A stretch of DNA of 64,000 bases from Gammaproteobacteria bacterium. GTDB taxonomy: Bacteria; Pseudomonadota; Gammaproteobacteria; JAJFKG01. This document shows, one piece after another, positions 1 to 10,165 of this stretch (position 1 is its first letter; the number at the start of each line of letters is the position of its first letter). The notes beneath the pieces were generated by a model. It was not told the origin of the DNA. It was given only the letters and a program-made list of their open reading frames with translations, and searched no databases. The position numbers and the translations under genes are program-made. Location: assembly GCA_021773335.1 (NCBI GenBank), contig JAJFKG010000053.1, positions 13,189 to 77,188 on the forward strand, read 5' to 3'.

Positions 1-866
1 TACTGACCTTGTGCGACTGTAATAGCAAGTTGTGGGGCAATATCCGTTCAGGGTAAACCTGGCTTAGACGTCTTGCCATACTTGAACCATTCTGGACACT
101 TAGCACTCGCACATTCAAAGGCAAATATTTTGGACGGGCTTGTCGTTTAAACCAAGACTGTGGATCGATAACAGCACTTGTGTTTTTGGTTTTACCTTTA
201 AAATACCCTGTATCGGTGACATCGCGCAGATAGCCCTGTTTTTCATTGACCGGGTTGAAATCAGCACTGACAAAGTTATTGCGGTTGTAATAGTGCAACA
301 CATCTTGCTTGAGGCCAGCTGCACCATAGCCAACCTTGAGAATGTCGCGGTTAAACTCATGGATATTGTGCGCATGCAAGAGGGCAACAATAACTTCTAC
401 GAGCGTTTGACAATCAAACTGGTCAGTGCGATAGACCGGATCTTGCTGGATATGCGGGCAACCAAGCCTACCATCTAAATTACTGCACCAGCTGCCTTCG
501 CCACGTGCGCCTATGGCATTATAAGGGCGCCCTGCAAAATAATCGCTGATGTACTTGAGCATGGTTTGTCTATCAAAGCCTCGCGTGTGTATTTCATGCA
601 TAAGCACTTCAATTTCATATTGAGACTGACTAACGATTTGCGGGTAATTATAATCTGTAATTAAGGTAAAATCGCCATGCAACTCACCGTAAACACTCTC
701 GCGTTTAAGCGAGGGACCTTCGGTTAACAGTGTTTTAGAAAAACCGGGCACATAGATATCACCATGCAATGCTTGATAGCGATAGGCAACGACGGACAGT
801 AGAATCAGAATTGCAATCACAAAAAGGACTAACAGGTAACGTCTACGTTTTAAATATCTTGACATG
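1..866 (-). CDS. Hypothetical membrane-anchored protein, 5'-partial in window (continues beyond position 1); not present in the ORF track because it runs off the window edge
   Basis: Translated by hand from the ATG at complement 866 (MSRYLKRRRYLLVLFVIAILILLSVVAYRYQALHGD...). The frame stays open through position 1 (>288 codons). There is an N-terminal hydrophobic anchor. It lies directly downstream of, and co-directional with, the integrase gene, with a 20-bp gap. Track ORFs 140..478(+) and 115..390(-) are shorter alternatives over the same DNA. Confidence 0.5.
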
Positions 867-886
867 GGCTCCTCAATGACGAGATT

Positions 887-2158
887 TTACTCATCCGGAT
901 GAATTTTTTTCTTACGTCCTGACGCGTGACGCGCACGCAATTCAACGTCGATATAGCGATCAGTAATCGCACTCGAACCGTGGCCAGCATCATCGCGCAC
1001 ATGCTCGCGTGGGCGCGTTTTCACATCATCCGAAATCCCTGTATGACGCAACCAATGCACCGTTGCAGCCTTTAATTGTTCAGCTTCTTCATCAAAGTTA
1101 TCCTGTTGCAAACGCGCAATCGCCGCATCAAAGCAATCTTGCACAATCATGCGTATACGACGGGTACTACTGATTGCTCCGCGACCTTTAGATTTCATTA
1201 AAATCGGTGTGCTTTCACCAGGGAAAGGTAATTCCGGCATGCCTAGACTCAAGCGATAACGCTTCAGTGCAAGCAACATATCATCGCTCACGGTGATGAT
1301 ACGTTCTTTATTACCTTTCCCTACCGTGCGAAACCACCAATGACCATCACGGTCGCGATGAAAATCGCCCATTTGCGGTTCCCAACGTTCACTCGCGGCC
1401 AGCTCGGAAATTCGCAAATACATGCCATACAAGGCATTCATAATGAATAACGTCCGCTCATGTGTCTCGGGTTCAGAGGCTGCAAGCAGGGTAGCTGTTT
1501 CTATCACATACGCCCACTGCAAATCACTCAAACGCCGGATAACTTGGCTACTTTGTTCTTTACGAATGTATTTACTCTTTTGACGTATTTGTGCGACCGG
1601 GTTATAGGCGACATAATCTTCTTGAATTAAATACGTATAAAAACTTCCCAGCACAGCAAAAATGGCTTGTAGCGCTTTTTGTGAGGGCGAGTAAGTTTTG
1701 ATATGAGCTTGTTCACCTAGGCGATGTGCTGCTTTGCTCACACTGGCTACGAAGGGGCGCCAATTGGGATTGGGGACACGCTGGCCTTCTTGATTACTGA
1801 AACGCGGATAATTTTGCGTTGTAATCCATGCTGCTGGTGGTTGTTTGCAAAAATCGATAAAACTTTCAACATCAGCACGCTTAATGTCTTTGAGCGACTT
1901 TTGGATAAAGGACCAACACCAATGTAAAAAACGTTCGATTTCGCGCCGATAGGCATTGAATGTCGCTGTACTGCCGCGATAACTGTATAAAAATTCACTA
2001 GCAAGCCGATAATCTTCGGCATATTTTTGTGCGGCGACCGGCGTTTGGCCTAACGTTTCGCTCATATGCTCTAAGGTATCAAAGAGGGCGAGTGGCGCTG
2101 TTTGCTTGGTGATGGTGGTTTTTTGTGTCATTTTATGCCCTGTGGGTACGTCCGACAA
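887..2158 (-). CDS. Tyrosine site-specific recombinase / phage-type integrase (423 aa)
   Basis: The C-terminal catalytic region carries HWLRHTGISD ... GHGSSAITDRYIDV, i.e. the H-x-x-R ... Y catalytic motifs of the phage-integrase family. The N-terminal part resembles a SAM-like DNA-binding domain. At 423 aa it is longer than XerC/XerD and fits P4-type integrases. Confidence 0.8.
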   Translation of the reverse strand: MSDVPTGHKMTQKTTITKQTAPLALFDTLEHMSETLGQTPVAAQKYAEDYRLASEFLYSYRGSTATFNAYRREIERFLHWCWSFIQKSLKDIKRADVESFIDFCKQPPAAWITTQNYPRFSNQEGQRVPNPNWRPFVASVSKAAHRLGEQAHIKTYSPSQKALQAIFAVLGSFYTYLIQEDYVAYNPVAQIRQKSKYIRKEQSSQVIRRLSDLQWAYVIETATLLAASEPETHERTLFIMNALYGMYLRISELAASERWEPQMGDFHRDRDGHWWFRTVGKGNKERIITVSDDMLLALKRYRLSLGMPELPFPGESTPILMKSKGRGAISSTRRIRMIVQDCFDAAIARLQQDNFDEEAEQLKAATVHWLRHTGISDDVKTRPREHVRDDAGHGSSAITDRYIDVELRARHASGRKKKIHPDE

Positions 2159-2220
2159 CGACGTATATTACCGGGCGCTCCACTGTCCGACAACTTTAAT
2201 GAGTACACGCAGATCGTAAC

Positions 2221-2490
2221 CTACTGTCTCTGCGTCAAGCCCAGATGTAGACTACTGTCTTCTAGTCAAGCTCAGATGTAGCCCGGATAAGTTGCGCAGC
2301 AACGCCATCCGGGAACAGCAATCGCAAACACCCGCCCCGGATGACGCGCGTACCGCGCTTATCCGGGCTACGGCTTACGTAGGAACAAATGCTAATGTAG
2401 CCTTGATAAGCGCATAGCGCGCATCAAGGGAATGTATTGGCAAACACCGCTCCTTGATGCGCCGCTACGCGGCTTATCAAGGCTACATCT
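2221..2490. repeat. REP/BIME-like mosaic of palindromic units (family 1: CTACTGTCTyTGCGTCAAGCyCAGATGTAG units, CCCGGATAAG..CATCCGGG palindromes, GTAGCCTTGATAAGCGC..GCGCATCAAGG palindromes)
   Basis: The same unit sequences recur at 12971-13125, 28417-28517, 35216-35535, 40808-40848 and 42868-43145, with a degenerate copy near 26414-26445. The units are internally palindromic and bounded by GTAG/CTAC tetranucleotides. They are strictly intergenic. Confidence 0.65.
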
Positions 2491-2576
2491 ACATCAGTGG
2501 GTACCTATCAAGGGTACACAACCGGCATTGACTCTAATATACTGCCCACCACCATACAGATACACATAAGGCCCCT

Positions 2577-3392
2577 ATGAGCAAATATCTATTAAAAGTT
2601 GGCCAGCAAGCGGCCAAGCGTCTTGATGTCATGAACCAAGCCTTTGGCGCCCATAGTCAACATTTCTTATTGAATCTTGGTTTAAGTCGCGGCATGTCTG
2701 TCATCGAAGTAGGCTGTGGCACCGGCAATATGACAACTTGGATCGCGCAACAAGTAGGGCGCAAAGGTAAAGTTGTCGCGATTGACGCCAGCGCCGAACA
2801 AATTGCAGTGGCTGAGGAAAAGCTCGCGCAAGCTAAAATCAAAAATGTCGAGTTTATTTGTTCGCCCATAGAAGAATTAGTCTTTCCCAAACATCAGTTC
2901 GATATCGCACACTGTCGCTTTTTGCTGATGCATTTACCGCATCCGGAATATGCTTTATTTACCCTGGAACGTTTGGTGAAAATCGGTGGCATCATTTCCT
3001 GTGATGAAACCACCTCTGATGTGCCTTACAGTTATCCGCACAATCCTATCTTTGATGAGATTAATGAATTGCACTTACAATTTGGCAAACGTCGCGCCTT
3101 AGATTTTCAAGTCGGTTATCGCTTACTCAGCATAATGCAAACATTGAATGTTGATATCCTCAATCCACGCTTTGTGCAACCCATTGTCGATTTAGCCTTG
3201 GCCAAGCAGTATTACTATCTGGGTATTAATGAAAGTAAAGACACCTTGGTTGAAGAAGGTATCTTTAGTGCCGCAGAACTTGATGACATGCTGGCACGTA
3301 TCCAAGCCATTCCCGAATCTGCAGGTGGTTATTTTGCCTTTCCCCGACAAGCACAAATCGCCTGCGTGACGCGTAAAAGGGAGACGCAATGA
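2577..3392 (+). CDS. Class I SAM-dependent methyltransferase
   Basis: Motif I VIEVGCGTGNMT is the glycine-rich SAM-binding loop. The gene overlaps msrA by 4 bp (ATGA), so the two are translationally coupled. Confidence 0.75.
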   Translation: MSKYLLKVGQQAAKRLDVMNQAFGAHSQHFLLNLGLSRGMSVIEVGCGTGNMTTWIAQQVGRKGKVVAIDASAEQIAVAEEKLAQAKIKNVEFICSPIEELVFPKHQFDIAHCRFLLMHLPHPEYALFTLERLVKIGGIISCDETTSDVPYSYPHNPIFDEINELHLQFGKRRALDFQVGYRLLSIMQTLNVDILNPRFVQPIVDLALAKQYYYLGINESKDTLVEEGIFSAAELDDMLARIQAIPESAGGYFAFPRQAQIACVTRKRETQ

Positions 3393-3880
3393 GTATTGAG
3401 AAGGCCACGTTTGCTGCTGGTTGTTTCTGGGGAGTTGAAGCAGCATTTAGGCAACTCGATGGGGTTGTAACAACCACCGTCGGTTATATGGGCGGCAATA
3501 CCATCAATCCAACTTATGAAGACGTTTGCACAGACAAAACTGACCATGCGGAAGTGTGCCAGATCGAATACAATAATGACAAACTCAGTTACGCAGCTTT
3601 ACTAAAAACATTCTGGAATTGCCACAATCCCACGACACGCAATCGTCAAGGGCTCGATATCGGTTCACGGTATCGTTCAGTCATTTTTTTTCACTCACCA
3701 CAACAAAAAGCTGCCGCACGCACTGCGCTAGACAAACTCAACGCTAGCGATCAATATCCTGATCCGGTTGTGACAGAAATTGTTGCTGCTAGCGAATTTT
3801 ATCGTGCCGAAGATTATCATCAACAATACTTAGAGAAACGCGGCATATTGACCTGTCGTACGCCTGATAAGAAGGAATAA
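3389..3880 (+). CDS. msrA: Peptide-methionine (S)-S-oxide reductase MsrA
   Basis: It has the N-terminal GCFWG catalytic motif (ATFAAGCFWGVEAAF), the GY.GG motif and HAEVCQIEY, all canonical for the MsrA family. The 163-aa length fits. Confidence 0.9.
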   Translation: MSIEKATFAAGCFWGVEAAFRQLDGVVTTTVGYMGGNTINPTYEDVCTDKTDHAEVCQIEYNNDKLSYAALLKTFWNCHNPTTRNRQGLDIGSRYRSVIFFHSPQQKAAARTALDKLNASDQYPDPVVTEIVAASEFYRAEDYHQQYLEKRGILTCRTPDKKE

Positions 3881-3882
3881 CA

Positions 3883-5454
3883 ATGCCATTAAAACGTGGA
3901 ATTTCTCGTGTGGGACTCATGTGTGCTGCCATCGGAGGAATTGTCGGTTCAGGCTGGTTACTCGGGCCATTGTATGCTGCTCAGTATGCCGGCCCAGCAG
4001 CGATTTTGGCGTGGGCATTCGGTGGCATCTTGATGATGTTTATCGCCTTAACCTTTGCTGAACTGGCATCCACATTTCCTGTCGCGGGTGGTATGGCGCG
4101 CTTCGCCCATTATAGTCATGGCACTATAACCAGCTTTACCTTGGCGTGGGTAGGGTGGTTAGCGTCATTAATGGTTGCCCCGATTGAGACCATGGCTGCG
4201 CTGCAATATGCGGGAAACTATATTCCTGGTATTATTATTCGCCACGCGCAGGGTGCCGATCTCACTCGGCTCGGATTGGGTGCTGCTACTGTTGTTATGC
4301 TGTTGCTGTGTTGTTTAAATTTTTATGGTGTGAAATATTTATCGAAAAGCAATATTGGGATCGTGTTGTGGAAATTAATTATCCCAGTGATTACGATTAT
4401 TTATCTTGTGCATGCGCATTTTGACTGGAATAATTTTCATGGCCAAGGCGGTTTTGCACCGTATGGTTTTAAGGGTATTTTGCAAGCCTTGCCCAGCGCA
4501 GGCATCATTTTTTCTTTTATTGGCTATAGTCCAGCTATCCAGTTGGCAGGGGAGGCGGAGTCACCGCAACGCGCAATCCCATTTGCAATTTTTGGTGCTA
4601 TTGGTACAGCCATTATTTTATATGTCATCATTGAGATTGCTTTTATTGGCGCATTGCCTGCAGGCAGTCTGAGTGGTGGTTGGAAGGCATTGAGTTTTCA
4701 CGATAGCACTGGGCCAATTGCAGGCCTATTGGCAAGCTTGGGTGTGGTGTGGTTTTTAAAAGTCATTTACGTAGATGCAGCCGTATCACCGTTAGGCACT
4801 GCCTATATTTACACAGCGGCAACAGCGCGGATGAATGTCGCAATGGTGGCTAATGGTTATATGCCACGTTGGTTTGCCAAATTAAACCACAATGCAGTTC
4901 CCGCGCGCAGCATCTTATTGAACTTCGCTTTGGGCTTATTGTTTTTCTTACCCTTCCCAGGCTGGCAAGAAATGGTCAGCTTTTTAGTGTCGTGTTTTGT
5001 TTTAGCTTATGCCGTTGGACCAATTTCATGTATCACCTTGCGCTATATCGCGCCGGAGAGAGAGCGTAAATTTCATTTGCCGTATGCCAAGACAATTTGC
5101 TGCATTGCATTTTATATTTGCAACCTTTTAATCTTTTGGACGGGTTGGAGCGTCATTTATAAAATGTTGCTGATTGTCGCGGTGGGCTATTTTTATTTAT
5201 TTATCCGTTGGGGCCTTAGCAAAAACAAAATTCAGTTACATATTAGGCAAAGTGTGTGGTTAGCGCCATATTTACTAGGCTTAGCCGTGCTTTCTTATCT
5301 TGGTACTTTTGGTAAGGGGACAGGCTATTTGCCCTTTGGCTGGGACTTTTTAGTGATTGCCTTGTTTAGTGTTATCATCTTTGTCTATGCCGTACATTTA
5401 GCAATTAAAACGCCGACAGGTACCTATAAACCAACAAAAGGTGAAAAACAATGA
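3883..5454 (+). CDS. APC-superfamily amino-acid permease
   Basis: The 523-aa protein is polytopic with about 12 hydrophobic segments in the amino-acid permease pattern (FAELASTFPVAGG). It starts 2 bp after the msrA stop. Confidence 0.8.
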   Translation: MPLKRGISRVGLMCAAIGGIVGSGWLLGPLYAAQYAGPAAILAWAFGGILMMFIALTFAELASTFPVAGGMARFAHYSHGTITSFTLAWVGWLASLMVAPIETMAALQYAGNYIPGIIIRHAQGADLTRLGLGAATVVMLLLCCLNFYGVKYLSKSNIGIVLWKLIIPVITIIYLVHAHFDWNNFHGQGGFAPYGFKGILQALPSAGIIFSFIGYSPAIQLAGEAESPQRAIPFAIFGAIGTAIILYVIIEIAFIGALPAGSLSGGWKALSFHDSTGPIAGLLASLGVVWFLKVIYVDAAVSPLGTAYIYTAATARMNVAMVANGYMPRWFAKLNHNAVPARSILLNFALGLLFFLPFPGWQEMVSFLVSCFVLAYAVGPISCITLRYIAPERERKFHLPYAKTICCIAFYICNLLIFWTGWSVIYKMLLIVAVGYFYLFIRWGLSKNKIQLHIRQSVWLAPYLLGLAVLSYLGTFGKGTGYLPFGWDFLVIALFSVIIFVYAVHLAIKTPTGTYKPTKGEKQ

Positions 5455-5858
5455 CAAAAGAAGAAGTGTTGACCGCGAAAAATGGTCGTATTTTATTAGC
5501 GGTATTGATGTTTTTAGCGGTAATTGTGCATTGGCGCGTCATTTATTTATTCACTATGCCAGTGACACCGATTGGCTATTATTTGTTTGCCTGCTTAGCC
5601 GCAGGTGGTTTTTTTGTATTCAATATACTCGCCGGTATTGGTCTATTAAAACAAAAAAACTGGGGTTATGTGTGTGGTTATTTTGCGGTGGGGATGACAA
5701 CAGCGTTTGAAAGCGTGAGTTATATGCCATTTTTAAGCGCGCTGCTTCCAATGACTGTCATCGCTCATGTGACGTTGGTTGTGAATGGCTTGTTTTTAAT
5801 TGCCCTGATTCTACTGCATTTACAGCATTTAAAGGCGAAGCGTCAGGCGAGCGTTTAG
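5451..5858 (+). CDS. Small integral membrane protein (4 predicted TM), function unknown
   Basis: Its 4-bp ATGA overlap with the upstream permease implies translational coupling. The ORF is hydrophobic. Confidence 0.45.
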   Translation: MTKEEVLTAKNGRILLAVLMFLAVIVHWRVIYLFTMPVTPIGYYLFACLAAGGFFVFNILAGIGLLKQKNWGYVCGYFAVGMTTAFESVSYMPFLSALLPMTVIAHVTLVVNGLFLIALILLHLQHLKAKRQASV

Positions 5859-5889
5859 AAACATCCTAAACCGACGAATCCCTACATCC

Positions 5890-6035
5890 AGGATTGTAGC
5901 CTTGATGATGTATTCGCAGACTGGTCCCAACTCCATGACGTCCCACCCCTGGAGGGGATGGGACGAGTCTGGCAGGTAAAAGCAGACTGGTCCCGCCCCT
6001 GTGGGGTGGGACCTTAAACTCATGGGCGCTTTAGC
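5890..6035. repeat. Palindromic repeat family 2 (GGTCCCACCC-n-GGGTGGGACC type), two tandem copies plus a fragment of the family-1 GTAGCCTTGAT unit
   Basis: Copies are gtcccacccctggaggggatgggac and ggtcccgcccctgtggggtgggacc. Related copies lie at 26470-26500 (ggtcccaccctatggggtgggatc) and 43007-43031 (gtccccacccagagggtggggac). Confidence 0.55.
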
Positions 6036-6044
6036 GCCCATTCC

Positions 6045-8228
6045 TTAAAGCGCTAGCAACCTCAAACCATTAAAGATAACGATCAGCGAAGTACCCATAT
6101 CAGCGGCGATCGCCATCCATAAGCTGGCTAAGCCAAACGTAGCTAAGATAATAAATACGGCTTTAACACACAGCGAAAACACGATATTTTGTTTAATGAT
6201 CGTCATGCAGCGTTTAGAATGCTTAATCAACCAAGGGATCTTAGACAAGTCATCGGACATTAACGCAATATCCGCGGTTTCGATGGCGACATCACTGCCC
6301 ATAGCGCCCATAGCTATACCAAAGGTCGCAGTGGCCATTGCGGGCGCATCGTTAATACCATCACCGACCATGGCAATGGTTTCATAGCGTTGCGCTAATT
6401 GCGCCACATAGCGACTTTTATCATCGGGTAACAATTCGGCTTTATACTCGTCGATACCGATACTGCAGGCAATGGCTCGCGCTGTTTCTTGGTTATCACC
6501 GGTAAGCATAATCAACTTTTCAATGCCTGCATGTTTGAGTTTTGAAATGGTTGGTTGTGCAACCTCCTTAACACTATCGGCGATACCGATAAAGCCGCAA
6601 ACATGGTCTTCGCGTCCAATGACCACCACGGTACGCCCAGTTTGCTCCAGTTGTTTGACTTTCTCAGATACATTTAAGGCGGTTTGACGCGACACTTTTT
6701 CCAATAATAACCGATGATTACCAAGCCAATAATCGTTGCCATCCACATTACCTTGTGCGCCTTTGCCCTTGATCGCATTAAAATCGTCTGCACGCTTGTA
6801 ACCAATGCCTTCTGCATTGGCTTTAAGGCAAATGGCACGTGCGATGGGATGTTCGCTATTTGCCTCTAAAGAAGCAGCGACTTGTAATAAACGCGTCTCA
6901 GTGTGTTCATTCATGGTGTGAATGCTTTTGACTTCTGGCTTACCATAGGTGAGGGTGCCGGTTTTATCAAAGGCGATTGCCCGTAATTTCGCTGGCAATT
7001 CCAAATATACACCACCTTTGATCAAAACGCCGGCTTTAGCGGCAGCACTTAAACCTGCGACAATGCTTACGGGTGTCGATATCACTAAGGCACACGGACA
7101 AGCGATTACTAAAATCACCAAGGCTTGATAAATATATTCTAACCAGGATTGTCCAAACAATAAGGGCGGAATAACGGCAATTAACAAGGCTAAGCCCATC
7201 ATCGCCGGTGTGTAATAGCGCGCAAAGGTATCCACCCATTGTTCGGTATGCGCACGATGACCTTGGGCTTCTTCAACACGCTTGATGATTTGCGCGAGCA
7301 TAGAATCGTTTGACGTTTTCGTCGCCGTATATTCAAACGCACCATCGCCATTGATGGTGCCAGCAAAGATTTCATCGCCGACTTGTTTGGCTACTGGCAT
7401 TGATTCACCGGTAATCGGCGCTTGATTAATGTGCGTCGCACCTTGGCTGATTTCACCATCAACGGGAATTTTTTCCCCTGGACGCACCAACACAGTCATG
7501 CCAACTTTAACACAGCAAAGCGTGCCTTCTTTGACTTTTCCACTTTTTTTATCCAGATAACGCAGCGTTTGCGGCGCCAAATCAAGCAAGGATTTAATCG
7601 CTTTGCGTGCACGCCCGATACTCCACGTTTCGAGCAATAAGGCCAAAGAAAATAAAAAGGCGACGGCCGCTGCTTCAAACCATTGCCCAATAATAATTGC
7701 GCCAATCACGGCGGTGGTCATTAGCAAATTCATATCGGGGCGCAAACGGCGTAAGGCAAATAAGGCCTTAGGGAAAACAAACCAGCCACCAGATATTACC
7801 GTCAGTCCGTAAAAGACCATAGACGTTGTGGGCATAGAAAAACTCGCTTGGCCATGACTGACTAAGGCGTGCACCCAACCATGTACTTGCGCGTGAAAGG
7901 CATAACCAATAAATAGACATACACCGCTAATGCTAGTGAGCGCTAAGTGGCTATAACGTTTCCACAGGGTATCTTCGTGGGCTTGTCTTTCGATATAGTT
8001 TTGCCAGGGTAGGGCAGTCATGCCAGTGGCAGCAATTGCTTTACTAATCACCGTCTCACTGTGATCGACAGTTTGCACGGTCAGTTTGCCATTGAGCAAA
8101 TCAAAACCCAGACTTTGCTCATCATTGATATAGTCATCCAGAGCGCGCTTGATAATGGCAATTTCTTCGGCGCAATCCATGCCTTCGACTTTAAAGATGT
8201 AGGTATTCATTGATTGATTTTTCCTCAT
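6045..8228 (-). CDS. Heavy-metal translocating P1B-type ATPase (Zn/Cd/Pb-type, ZntA/CadA-like)
   Basis: It has DKTGTLT phosphorylation, ACPCALVISTP (CPC transmembrane metal site), SEHPIA and GDGINDAPA hinge motifs. The N-terminal HMA-like domain retains only one Cys (GMDCAEE). Confidence 0.9.
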   Translation of the reverse strand: MRKNQSMNTYIFKVEGMDCAEEIAIIKRALDDYINDEQSLGFDLLNGKLTVQTVDHSETVISKAIAATGMTALPWQNYIERQAHEDTLWKRYSHLALTSISGVCLFIGYAFHAQVHGWVHALVSHGQASFSMPTTSMVFYGLTVISGGWFVFPKALFALRRLRPDMNLLMTTAVIGAIIIGQWFEAAAVAFLFSLALLLETWSIGRARKAIKSLLDLAPQTLRYLDKKSGKVKEGTLCCVKVGMTVLVRPGEKIPVDGEISQGATHINQAPITGESMPVAKQVGDEIFAGTINGDGAFEYTATKTSNDSMLAQIIKRVEEAQGHRAHTEQWVDTFARYYTPAMMGLALLIAVIPPLLFGQSWLEYIYQALVILVIACPCALVISTPVSIVAGLSAAAKAGVLIKGGVYLELPAKLRAIAFDKTGTLTYGKPEVKSIHTMNEHTETRLLQVAASLEANSEHPIARAICLKANAEGIGYKRADDFNAIKGKGAQGNVDGNDYWLGNHRLLLEKVSRQTALNVSEKVKQLEQTGRTVVVIGREDHVCGFIGIADSVKEVAQPTISKLKHAGIEKLIMLTGDNQETARAIACSIGIDEYKAELLPDDKSRYVAQLAQRYETIAMVGDGINDAPAMATATFGIAMGAMGSDVAIETADIALMSDDLSKIPWLIKHSKRCMTIIKQNIVFSLCVKAVFIILATFGLASLWMAIAADMGTSLIVIFNGLRLLAL

Positions 8229-8361
8229 TAATTGTGCTACAATCTGCCTGATCTATTAATAGGAGTCAACCTACCCATGCGCAATTAAAGCTTTCAATTT
8301 GGTGATTTTTCAGCTGAGTCAACGGACATGTTGCTGATAAGTCAAATTATTCCCCAGATTT

Positions 8362-9990
8362 GTGAGTTTTAATATGCAAGCTATTTGTCCCATTTGTATT
8401 CGCCAATTGTCGTATGTAACACCAGAACATAAGACGATTTTTAATAAATTAGATATAACGTTAACTCAACAAAAAACGGCTTTGCTCGGGCGCAACGGCA
8501 TCGGCAAATCGACGTTGCTGAAATTGATTGTGGGTGAGTTACAGCCAATCGCAGGGGCTATCGAGCACCACGCAACTATTGCTTATGTGCCGCAACACGT
8601 TGCCGTCAAAGAAACTCGCGATACCGTGGCTAACATGCTCGATGTCGCTGACACTTTAGCTGCATTGCAGCGCATCGAGTCTGGTAGTTACGCCGATACC
8701 GATTTCGAAACCCTCGGCGATGCCTGGGATATCCGCGCTACCATCGTCGATTCATTACAGCGTTTTGGCTTGAGTCATATCAACCTCAATACGCCGATCA
8801 ATACTCTCAGCGGCGGTGAAATAACGCGTTTGTTATTATGCAAAGCCTTTATGCAACAAGCTGATTATCTGATTCTCGACGAACCCACCAACAACCTCGA
8901 TATCACTGCGCGCGAGAAACTCTATCAAGCTATCAAAGAATGGCAGGGTGGGGTACTGATCGTCAGCCATGACCGCACATTGTTAAATCGCGTCGATCAC
9001 ACAGTGGAATTATCGAGCCTTGGTGCAACGCACTATGGCGGCAATTATGATCATTACACACAACAAAAAGCGTTGAATAGCCAAGCTGCACAAGATGAGT
9101 TACAAACACGAATTCAAGCGTTACAAAACGCTAAACAGACTATCCAAACACGCCGCGAGCGCCACCAACAAAATGTTAGCAAAGGCTTGCGTGATAAAAA
9201 AGCAGAGATCCGTGCGCGCGGCCATTACGATAAATTGACAGGCTTTAAACGCCAATCACAAAGCGATAAAACCCAGCGCCGGATTAGCATTCAAGCTAAA
9301 CGTAAGCTCGAGGATATCGATAGGCAATTGGCTGAGGCAAAAGCAAAAGTTGAAATCAAACATGCGCTAGATATTGAGCTAGATAAAACTTATGTACCAA
9401 GTAGCAAGATGATTCTCGAGATTGAAAATTTAAGTTTTCGCTACCCGAATAGTTCGCGAAATATTATCAACAATCTATCGTTTTGCTTTCATGGGCCCCA
9501 ACGTGTTGCTATTACTGGTACGAATGGCAGCGGTAAAAGCACCTTAATCAAGCTCATTCTAGGGCAATTAACACCAACAAGTGGGACAATAAAACTAGGC
9601 ACAGAACGTATTAGTTATTTGGATCAGTGGGCAGCGAATTTAGACACACAACTAAATTTACTCGAAAACATTCAACGTGCTAATCCTGATATGGGTATTA
9701 CCCATTGCTATCGCCAGTTAGCCCATTTTCTCTTTCGCAATACCGAGGCAGAAAAGTTAGTTTCACAACTCAGTGGTGGGGAAAAGTTACGCGCAGCTTT
9801 AGCCTGCGCCTTAATGTCAGCGCAGCCACCACAGTTGTTGATTTTAGATGAGCCGACCAACCATTTAGATATCGAAAGCTTGGAGACCATCGAAGCGGTA
9901 TTGCGTGATTATCAGGGCGTTCTGGTGGTTGTTTCACACGATGATTATTTTTTGCAGCGCATTGATATGCAAGAAACTATCCGCCTATAA
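8362..9990 (+). CDS. ABC-F family ATPase (tandem ABC domains, no transmembrane domain)
   Basis: There are two Walker A sites (GRNGIGKST, GTNGSGKST) and two LSGGE signature motifs, with a charged linker between them. The track start is GTG at 8362; the ATG at 8374 is an alternative. Confidence 0.85.
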   Translation: MSFNMQAICPICIRQLSYVTPEHKTIFNKLDITLTQQKTALLGRNGIGKSTLLKLIVGELQPIAGAIEHHATIAYVPQHVAVKETRDTVANMLDVADTLAALQRIESGSYADTDFETLGDAWDIRATIVDSLQRFGLSHINLNTPINTLSGGEITRLLLCKAFMQQADYLILDEPTNNLDITAREKLYQAIKEWQGGVLIVSHDRTLLNRVDHTVELSSLGATHYGGNYDHYTQQKALNSQAAQDELQTRIQALQNAKQTIQTRRERHQQNVSKGLRDKKAEIRARGHYDKLTGFKRQSQSDKTQRRISIQAKRKLEDIDRQLAEAKAKVEIKHALDIELDKTYVPSSKMILEIENLSFRYPNSSRNIINNLSFCFHGPQRVAITGTNGSGKSTLIKLILGQLTPTSGTIKLGTERISYLDQWAANLDTQLNLLENIQRANPDMGITHCYRQLAHFLFRNTEAEKLVSQLSGGEKLRAALACALMSAQPPQLLILDEPTNHLDIESLETIEAVLRDYQGVLVVVSHDDYFLQRIDMQETIRL

Positions 9991-10059
9991 TCTGGTTTAT
10001 TTTGAACATTATGATGGAGTTATGCCAGCAGCCATTTTGTGAAATTTTCGGGGTATATT

Positions 10060-10165
10060 CCGAAAATTGCAGCTATTTTCGGAGTTAACATCTAAAGATA
10101 TCAACTTTTGCTTGAAATATCACTTTTTTTGAATCATACTCCGAAAATCGCAGCTATTTTCGGAG
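10060..10165. promoter_or_regulatory. Two near-identical 25-bp palindromic sites (CCGAAAATyGCAGCTATTTTCGGAG) spaced 81 bp apart, immediately upstream of the AAA+ ATPase gene
   Basis: Copy 1 is at 10060-10084 and copy 2 at 10141-10165, with one mismatch between them. Each is an 8-bp inverted repeat around a 7-9-bp core. A third half-site GAAATTTTCGG lies at 10041-10051. Copy 2 ends 8 bp before the start codon at 10173. Confidence 0.35.

Noticed and set aside
140-478. Track ORFs 140..478(+) and 115..390(-)
   Set aside because: Both are overlapped by a longer uninterrupted minus-strand reading frame (1..866) that starts at a good ATG right after the integrase gene and has a membrane-anchor N-terminus. 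The short ORFs are most likely shadow frames.
2221-2490. Possibility that the recurring palindromic blocks are CRISPR arrays
   Set aside because: Units are internally palindromic, of several different types, irregularly ordered and spaced, and dispersed across at least 7 loci. There is no repeat-spacer periodicity and no cas genes, so they are REP/BIME-like.
8229-8361. Search for a metal-responsive (MerR/ZntR-type) operator or regulator gene in the divergent region next to the P1B-ATPase
   Set aside because: No long-spacer dyad promoter or adjacent regulator gene could be identified by eye. Regulation of the ATPase remains unassigned.
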